Assembly (NCBI GenBank): GCA_965261345.1
Contig: OZ253449.1
Coordinates: 320,001 to 384,000, forward strand
DNA: 64,000 nucleotides
Source of the DNA: Chloroflexota bacterium
Lineage (GTDB): Bacteria; Chloroflexota; UBA11872; VXNJ01
Direction: 5' to 3'
Part shown: positions 57,609 to 64,000 of the stretch, piece by piece
Position numbering within the stretch: position 1 is the first letter of the stretch
How the letters are laid out: every line of letters begins with the position of its first letter
Position numbers and translations under genes: made by a program
Notes under the pieces: generated by a model
Databases searched by the model: none
Told to the model about the DNA's origin: nothing
What the model saw: only the letters and a program-made list of their open reading frames with translations

Positions 57609-59800
57609 CCCCCAGATCGGCGCAGTTGCGGGCGGTCTCTATGACCGAAGCCGAATACCGGCGCGCCCGTGCCCTGCTGGGTCGGGACCTAAATGAGTTG
57701 GAACTGGGAATTTTCGGGGCGCTTTGGAGCGAACACTGCGGTTACAAGCACTCGCGACCCCTGCTCGCCCGTTTGCCAGCCGACTCGGAGCGCATGCTGG
57801 TCGGGGCCGGCGAGGAGAACGCCGGTGTTATCGACGTGGGCGAGGGGATAGCCTGCGTATTCAAGATCGAGAGCCACAATCACCCCAGCGCGGTCGAACC
57901 GGTTGAGGGCGCGGCCACCGGGGTCGGCGGAATAATCCGTGACATCTTCACGATGGGGGCGCGACCGGTGGCGTTACTCGATTCGCTGCGCTTCGGCCCG
58001 CTTGGCGACGACCGCAACCGCTATCTGGCCAACGGGATAGTGGCCGGAATCGGCCACTATGGCAATTGCGTGGGGATACCCACGGTTGGTGGCGACATCG
58101 CTGTCGGGGACTGTTACGCCGGAAACCCGCTGGTAAACGCCATGTGCGTCGGGCTCATGCGGCATGACCAACTCACCCGGGCGATCGCCTCCGGGGAGGG
58201 CAATCCGTTGCTCTTAGTCGGCACCGAGACCGGCCGCGACGGGGTCCACGGGGCCACTTTTGCTTCGCTTGAAGACCCTGAGCATTCGGCTCGCGGGGTA
58301 GTCCAGGTCGGCAACCCGTTCATGGAAAAACTGCTAATCGAAGCTTGCTTGCAACTCCTTGCCGGCGATGCCGTAGTCGGCCTACAAGACCTTGGCGCGG
58401 CCGGATTGACCAGCGCCAGTGTGGAGGCGGCTGGCCGCAGCGGAGCAGGGATTACCATCGACGTGGCCAAGGTGCCGCGCCGCACTCGCGGACTGTCGGG
58501 TTACGAGGTAATGCTCTCCGAGAGCCAGGAACGGATGCTGGTCATCGCCAAGGCCGGACGTGAGGTCGAGGTGATGTCCGAATTTGCCGCCTTCGGATTG
58601 CACTGCGCCCAGATCGGCCAGGTCACCGGCGACGGGCAACTGCACGTGAGCGAGAACGGTCGACAGCTGGCCCGGATCCCGATTACCCACCTCCTCAACG
58701 CGCCCGAATACCGCCTGCCCATAGAGCCTCCCGGCTACCTCGACCGCGTCCAGCAGTTACCCCCGGCCGAGCGCACCGCCAGCATCGACCCAGCCAGCGA
58801 TCTGCTCAGCCTATTGAAAAGTCCCAACATCGCCAGCAGCCAGGTTATCTGGGAAACCTACGACCAGACCGTGGGAACCGAAACCGTCCGCGCTGGCGGG
58901 GGCGACGCGGCGATCGTGCGGATTGACGGCAGCAACCGGGCACTTGCCCTGTGCACGGCCGGCAACTCGCGCTTTACTTACCTCGATCCCGAGGCCGGCG
59001 GGGCGCTGGCAGTGGCCGCGGCCGCCCGCGCGGTGGTCTGCGCCGGCGCCCGACCGCTGGCGATTACCAATTGCCTCAATTTCGGATCCCCGACCCAGAG
59101 CCCGGTCTACTACCAGCTGGCCGCCGCCATCGATGGAATGGCCGAGGCCTGCCGCACCCTGGGCCTGGGTGTTACCGGCGGCAACGTATCGCTGTTTAAC
59201 GAGTCGGCCGGTGAGCAGATCTGGCCCACGCCGGTAATCGGGATGCTGGGCCTAATCGACGACCTCTCCTCGGCGGTGGTCCACTTCTCCCTTCAAGCCG
59301 GCCGCCATCTCCTGCTGCTCGGCTGCCAGTCGGCCGGCCTTGCCGGCAGCGAGTATCTCGCCCACTGCCGCGGCATGGTCGCCGGCCAACCGGCGATTGA
59401 CCTGGAATATGAGCGACGCCTACAGGCCTGTTTTTTGGAAATCGCCCAAAGCGGGGCGGAATTGTCCGCTCGCTGCCCCTATCGCGGCGGCCTGGCGGTG
59501 ACCGCCGTCGAAATGGCCATCGAAGGCTGCGTTGGACTGTTACTAGACAATCTGCCGGCCGGGCCGGTCGAAGAGGTGCTTTTCGGCGAGGCCGCCAGCC
59601 GCATCCTGCTTGCCACCAACGACGATGGGTTGGTTGCCGCCCAGGCCGCAGCCACGCGTTGGGCGGTGGATCTGTCGGTCCTGGGCCGGGCACAAGAATC
59701 GAAGTGGATCCAGATTGGGAATCTGGTGGACATTGACCTGACCGCGGCGGAATCGGCCTGGCGCGGAGGTCTGGCCAACGCCTTGGCCGGAACCGGCTAG
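57584..59800 (+). CDS. purL: FGAM synthase subunit PurL
   Basis: WSEHCGYK, KIESHNHPS, GATGVGGIIRD, QDLGAAGL, SESQERM and GGNVSLFNE-type motifs. Start may be TTG 57605. Confidence 0.96.
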   Translation: MAGPGEFLTPRSAQLRAVSMTEAEYRRARALLGRDLNELELGIFGALWSEHCGYKHSRPLLARLPADSERMLVGAGEENAGVIDVGEGIACVFKIESHNHPSAVEPVEGAATGVGGIIRDIFTMGARPVALLDSLRFGPLGDDRNRYLANGIVAGIGHYGNCVGIPTVGGDIAVGDCYAGNPLVNAMCVGLMRHDQLTRAIASGEGNPLLLVGTETGRDGVHGATFASLEDPEHSARGVVQVGNPFMEKLLIEACLQLLAGDAVVGLQDLGAAGLTSASVEAAGRSGAGITIDVAKVPRRTRGLSGYEVMLSESQERMLVIAKAGREVEVMSEFAAFGLHCAQIGQVTGDGQLHVSENGRQLARIPITHLLNAPEYRLPIEPPGYLDRVQQLPPAERTASIDPASDLLSLLKSPNIASSQVIWETYDQTVGTETVRAGGGDAAIVRIDGSNRALALCTAGNSRFTYLDPEAGGALAVAAAARAVVCAGARPLAITNCLNFGSPTQSPVYYQLAAAIDGMAEACRTLGLGVTGGNVSLFNESAGEQIWPTPVIGMLGLIDDLSSAVVHFSLQAGRHLLLLGCQSAGLAGSEYLAHCRGMVAGQPAIDLEYERRLQACFLEIAQSGAELSARCPYRGGLAVTAVEMAIEGCVGLLLDNLPAGPVEEVLFGEAASRILLATNDDGLVAAQAAATRWAVDLSVLGRAQESKWIQIGNLVDIDLTAAESAWRGGLANALAGTG

Positions 59801-59880
59801 CTTCTAGAATGGATCTGCCGACGGGAGACCGGAAGGTCGGGAGAATCGCCGCCGCGAACCAATACTGGTTCAATCCGCAA

Positions 59881-61305
59881 ATGCGCTCATTTGCCGAAGA
59901 GTGCGGCGTTTTTGGCGTTTACGCGCCAGGTCATGAAGTTGCGCGCCGAACCTACTTTGCCCTCTATACCCTGCAGCACCGTGGGCAGGAGAGTTCGGGC
60001 ATCGCCGTCAGCGACGGCACCGCCCTCAAGGTCCACAAGCGCATGGGCCTGGTTTCGCAGGTCTACGACAACGAAACCCTCTCGCAATTAACAGGGGATC
60101 TGGCGATTGGCCACAATCGCTATTCCACGACCGGTTCGAGCCGGATCGAAAACGCCCAGCCGATCATCACCGAGACCGAATTTGGACCGCTGGCGGTCGT
60201 CCACAACGGCAATCTGACCAACGCCCGGCAATTGCGCAGCGGGCTGCTCGCCACCGGGCAGCAAATCAACGGGACATCGGACACCGAGCTGATCCTCGCG
60301 CTGGTAGCTAACGCTCCGGGAGCCGATCCGGTATCGAAGGTGGCAAACGGGGTATCGCAGCTGGAAGGCTCGTTCTCGCTGGTGTTTATGACCCGCGATT
60401 CCTTAATCGCCGTTCGCGACCGCCTTGGAAATCGTCCACTGTGCCTTGGCCGGCTGGGCGACAGCACCATGGTGGCCTCTGAATCCTGCGCCTTTGCCAC
60501 GCTCGACGCCCACTTCGAGCGCGACGTGCAGGCCGGCGAAATCGTGGTCATTAACGACTCCGGCACCACCACCGTAAGCCTCAATCACCACCCGCCGGAG
60601 GCACTCTGCCTGTTTGAGTACATCTATTTCGCGCGACCCGATTCCGACATCGAGGGCGTGAACCTGTACAAGGCCCGGCAGGAAATGGGCCGCGCCTTGG
60701 CCCGGCAGGACCCGGTGGACGCCGACCTGGTAATAGGCATTCCCGACTCGGCCACAGCGGCGGCGATCGGGTACGCCGAACAGGCCGGGATTCCCTACGG
60801 CGAAGGATTGGCCAAGAGTCGATACATCGGGCGCACCTTCATCGAACCCGACGACCAGATTCGCAAGCTGGGCATAAAACTCAAGCTAAACGCCCTGCCG
60901 GCGATCACCGCCGGCAAGCGCTTGGTCGTAGTTGACGATTCGATCGTTCGCGGGAACACCACCCGCGAGATCGTCCGGCATCTCAAGCAGGATGGCAAGG
61001 CCGCCGCGGTGCACATGCGCATCTCCTCCCCGCCGGTCCGCTGGCCCTGTTTCTACGGAGTGGACATCTCCGAACCCAGGCAGCTGATAGCCCACGCCTA
61101 TACCGTGCGGCAGATTTGTGAGAGCATAGGCGCCGATTCGCTTTCCTATCTGAGCCTTTCCGCCTTGATCGCCGCGGTCGAGGCCCCGCGGGCGCGGCTG
61201 TGCACCGGGTGCTTTACCCACGACTACCCAGTTCCCGAGAGTCCGGGGATGGACCGGTTGACATCCGGGGCGTCCGGATTGGCAGCCCCCGCGCTGGTTG
61301 GATAA
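59881..61305 (+). CDS. purF: Amidophosphoribosyltransferase
   Basis: Propeptide followed by EE|CGVFG, LQHRGQE, GHNRYST, CLFEYIYFARPDS and VDDSIVRGNT; Cys pattern of the Fe-S type (PCFYG, LCTGCF). Confidence 0.96.
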   Translation: MRSFAEECGVFGVYAPGHEVARRTYFALYTLQHRGQESSGIAVSDGTALKVHKRMGLVSQVYDNETLSQLTGDLAIGHNRYSTTGSSRIENAQPIITETEFGPLAVVHNGNLTNARQLRSGLLATGQQINGTSDTELILALVANAPGADPVSKVANGVSQLEGSFSLVFMTRDSLIAVRDRLGNRPLCLGRLGDSTMVASESCAFATLDAHFERDVQAGEIVVINDSGTTTVSLNHHPPEALCLFEYIYFARPDSDIEGVNLYKARQEMGRALARQDPVDADLVIGIPDSATAAAIGYAEQAGIPYGEGLAKSRYIGRTFIEPDDQIRKLGIKLKLNALPAITAGKRLVVVDDSIVRGNTTREIVRHLKQDGKAAAVHMRISSPPVRWPCFYGVDISEPRQLIAHAYTVRQICESIGADSLSYLSLSALIAAVEAPRARLCTGCFTHDYPVPESPGMDRLTSGASGLAAPALVG

Positions 61306-62329
61306 GCCGACCGCGGTGAGCCAAACGGAAAGCTACCGGGCGGCCGGAGTGGACATCGCCGCCGCCGATACGATGCTCTCACAGTTGGCGCCCAGGCTGC
61401 AGGCTACATATTCACCAATGGTGCTCTCCGGCCTCGGCGGTTTCGGCGGGGCCCTGCGGCTCGGCAGCGAACTCGATGATCCGGCCTTGGTGATGAGCAT
61501 CGACTCGGTCGGAACCAAGGTTGCCTTGGCCGCGCACCATGACCGGCTCGGGTCGATCGGGGAGGATTTGGTCAACCACTGCGCCAACGACATCCTGGCG
61601 ATGGGCGCCAGGCCGTTGGCCTTTCTCGACTACATCGCCCACGCCGACCTGCCGCCCGACAAGCTGGCGGCAGCGATATCGGGAGTGGCGGCCGCATGTC
61701 AAACCCTTGGGATGCCTCTCATTGGCGGCGAGACCGCCCAGTTGCCGGGAATCTACCACCGCGGCCAACTGGACCTGGTGGGAGCGATCGTCGGTCTGGT
61801 CGATTCCGCCCGCTTAATCGATGGATCCGGGATCTGCGCCGGGGATATGGTCGTAGCTCTGCCATCGAACGGAATCCACACCAACGGCTATTCGCTGGTG
61901 CGCAAGGTCCTTGGCGATTTCGACCACTTTGTCCATCGCGGCGAATTGGGCCGCCCGCTAATTGACGAATTACTTGCGGTGCATCGCAGTTACGTTAGCG
62001 AGCTCTCACCGCATCTTGATCGGATCCACGGTCTGGCCCACATAACCGGCGGCGGAATATGCCAAAACACCGCACGGATCATTCCCGAGGGGCTGTGTGC
62101 GCAATTTGGCTGGGGGACTTGGCAAGTCCCGCCAATATTCCACCTGATCCAGGAGGCGGGGAACATACCCTTCGGTGAGCTCGCCGGGGTCTTTAACCTG
62201 GGGATCGGAATGGTCGCGATCGGCGAACGGGCGCTGGCCGACGACCTGGTGCGAGCCATTCCCGGATCGGCAATCGTCGGCTCGGTGGTGCAATCTTCCG
62301 GCCCACTGCGGGCCCAGATCCTGCGATGA
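61298..62329 (+). CDS. purM: AIR synthetase
   Basis: Y..AGVDI, DSVGTK, GGETA and SNGIHTNGYSLVRK motifs. Start is 61298 or GTG 61316. Confidence 0.96.
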   Translation: MDKPTAVSQTESYRAAGVDIAAADTMLSQLAPRLQATYSPMVLSGLGGFGGALRLGSELDDPALVMSIDSVGTKVALAAHHDRLGSIGEDLVNHCANDILAMGARPLAFLDYIAHADLPPDKLAAAISGVAAACQTLGMPLIGGETAQLPGIYHRGQLDLVGAIVGLVDSARLIDGSGICAGDMVVALPSNGIHTNGYSLVRKVLGDFDHFVHRGELGRPLIDELLAVHRSYVSELSPHLDRIHGLAHITGGGICQNTARIIPEGLCAQFGWGTWQVPPIFHLIQEAGNIPFGELAGVFNLGIGMVAIGERALADDLVRAIPGSAIVGSVVQSSGPLRAQILR

Positions 62330-62949
62330 GGGAGTCGCTCCGGCTGGCAGTGCTGGCCTCCGGACGCGGATCGAACCTGCAAGCGGTCTTGGATGCCTGC
62401 CGGTCCGGTTCGATCCTGGCCGAAGTGGCGATCGTCATCTCCAATAGACCTGATTGCCAAGCGATTGAGCGGGCATGCAGAGCCGGCCTGGCAACCTTCG
62501 CGCTAACCGTCCGGCAGGCGGGCTCGCGTCGTGTTCAGATGCGGGCGTTTGCCGACCAAGCCAGGGCCAGCGGTGCCCAACTTGTGGTTCTGGCCGGTTT
62601 CGACCGAATCGTGACCGGCTGCCTGCTTGAGCACTATGCCGGTCACATGATCAACATCCATCCCTCGCTGCTGCCGGCGTTCGCCGGAGGGATGGCACCG
62701 GCCCCGCAGGCGGCGGCGCTGGCCGCCGGGGTCAAATACTCCGGCTGCACGGTGCATTTGGTAACTGCCCAGGTTGATTCCGGCGCGATCCTCGACCAAG
62801 CGGTGGTACCGGTCCTAGACGGCGACGACTGCGCCCGCCTGGGCGAGCGGATCCTGCGGGCCGAACACCGCCTGCTGCCCGACGTAATTGACCGCCTGGC
62901 GCGAGGCCAGCTAAGCCTGGCTGAGCCGGCGCCCGACCACGCGCCATGA
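62326..62949 (+). CDS. purN: GAR transformylase
   Basis: ASGRGSNLQA, LAGF, NIHPSLLP and GCTVH.V...VDSG motifs. Confidence 0.96.
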   Translation: MRESLRLAVLASGRGSNLQAVLDACRSGSILAEVAIVISNRPDCQAIERACRAGLATFALTVRQAGSRRVQMRAFADQARASGAQLVVLAGFDRIVTGCLLEHYAGHMINIHPSLLPAFAGGMAPAPQAAALAAGVKYSGCTVHLVTAQVDSGAILDQAVVPVLDGDDCARLGERILRAEHRLLPDVIDRLARGQLSLAEPAPDHAP

Positions 62950-64000
62950 CCGAGCGACGTCGGGCCCTGCTCTCGGTTTTTGACAAGCGTGGAATCAGTG
63001 AATTTGCGGCCGGCTTGCAGGCCGCCGGCTACGAAATCGTCTCCACCGGGGGAACTCTGCAGCACCTGCGGATCGAGGGCATTGACGCTACCCCGATTGC
63101 AAAGATTACCGGTTGGGCGGAAATATTTGATGGACGATTAAAGACCCTGCACCCGCGGCTTTTCGGCGGGATTTTGCAGCGCCGGGACAATCCGGGTGAT
63201 ATTGAAGCGGCCGCGCAGGCCGACCTGGTGGCGATCGACATCGTCGCCTGCAATCTGTACCCCTTCGCCGATACCTTGGCCAAGACCGCCGATCGGGCGG
63301 TGCTGACCGAGCAGATCGATATCGGCGGGCCGGCGATGATCCGCGCCTCCGCCAAAAATTGCGAGTCGGTCTTCGTCGCCACCGACCCCGACGACTATCC
63401 GGGGGTGCTTTCGGCACTCTCGACCCAGTCCGGCGGCCGGGCCCTGCGCCGGAAGTTGGCCGCCAAAGCCTTCGCCCTCACCGCCGCCTACGATGCGGTC
63501 ATCGCACTCTGGGCGGGCCCGCTCGAGGACTCCCCGCCACAGCGCCTGACCCTCCCGTTAGAAAAGGTCGCGGATCTTCGCTACGGCGAAAATCCGCATC
63601 AGCAGTTCGCCGCCCACTACCGGATCGAACCCGGCGATCCGGGCGCCGGGTTCGGCCTGCTGCATGGCAATCAGCCCTCCTACAACAACATCCTCGACCT
63701 GCAGGCGGCTTGGGCCGCCGCCAACGAATTTTCAGAAAACGTATGCGTGGCCCTAAAGCACGGCAATCCGTGCGGACTGGCCGTCGATCCCGACCAGGCG
63801 GTCGCTTTCAATAGGGCCCGCGACGGCGACCAGCAGGCCATTTACGGCGGCGTTGTCGCTTTCAATTCCAGGGTCGAGTTGGCCACCGTGATCGCCATGC
63901 GGCGGGTCTTTTTGGAAGTAATCGTGGCCCCGGAATATTCGTCCGATGCCTTGGAGCGCCTCAAGCGGCGCGCCACTCGGGTTTTTTCCGCGCGCACGGC
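62946..64000 (+). CDS. purH: Bifunctional AICAR transformylase/IMP cyclohydrolase (truncated by window end)
   Basis: Absent from the ORF track. ATG 62946 gives MTERRRALLSVFDK, then STGGT, GRLKTLHP, NLYPF, IDIGGPAMIRASAKN, LRYGENPHQ, SYNN and KHGNPCG. Confidence 0.96.
   Translation, partial: MTERRRALLSVFDKRGISEFAAGLQAAGYEIVSTGGTLQHLRIEGIDATPIAKITGWAEIFDGRLKTLHPRLFGGILQRRDNPGDIEAAAQADLVAIDIVACNLYPFADTLAKTADRAVLTEQIDIGGPAMIRASAKNCESVFVATDPDDYPGVLSALSTQSGGRALRRKLAAKAFALTAAYDAVIALWAGPLEDSPPQRLTLPLEKVADLRYGENPHQQFAAHYRIEPGDPGAGFGLLHGNQPSYNNILDLQAAWAAANEFSENVCVALKHGNPCGLAVDPDQAVAFNRARDGDQQAIYGGVVAFNSRVELATVIAMRRVFLEVIVAPEYSSDALERLKRRATRVFSART

Noticed and set aside
59801-59880. Two small hairpins between purL and purF
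   Set aside because: They are short stems with no recognisable riboswitch core and could be chance or part of a longer PurF N-terminus.
1-64000. CRISPR arrays, tRNA, rRNA, prophage or retron/RT genes
   Set aside because: No regularly spaced repeat-spacer pattern, cloverleaf, rRNA-like tract or RT/phage motifs were seen by eye. A short RNA gene could still have been missed.

Overview
GC-rich bacterial chromosomal segment of mostly housekeeping operons with one defence/mobile islet. A Chloroflexota-like origin is only my impression and is not demonstrable here. Left to right: xdhB (cut by the window edge) and xdhA; flavin reductase-like and VOC genes; two paralogous orphan sugar-ABC permeases flanking an M24 peptidase and a small membrane protein; a complete family-5 (Opp/Dpp-like) ABC transporter; a PhyH-like dioxygenase with a small partner ORF; lipB divergent from aceE-aceF-lpdA plus a second M24 peptidase; a type I restriction-modification operon (hsdM-S-R) followed by two transposase scars; thuA; an extended, non-canonical cytochrome c maturation (Ccm) operon; lon-mreBCD-mrdA-rodA-thrB; and guaA-purD-B-C-S-Q-L-F-M-N-H (purH cut by the window edge). 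The best novelty candidate is the Ccm operon. It has CcmA and CcmB fused in one ORF, a CcmE with HxxxF in place of HxxxY/CxxxY, three extra membrane or extracytoplasmic genes, and two probable CTG starts. Several intergenic regions have nested or switchable base-pairing and are candidate RNA elements. No rRNA, tRNA or CRISPR array was seen. All assignments come from motif recognition by eye, with no database searches.
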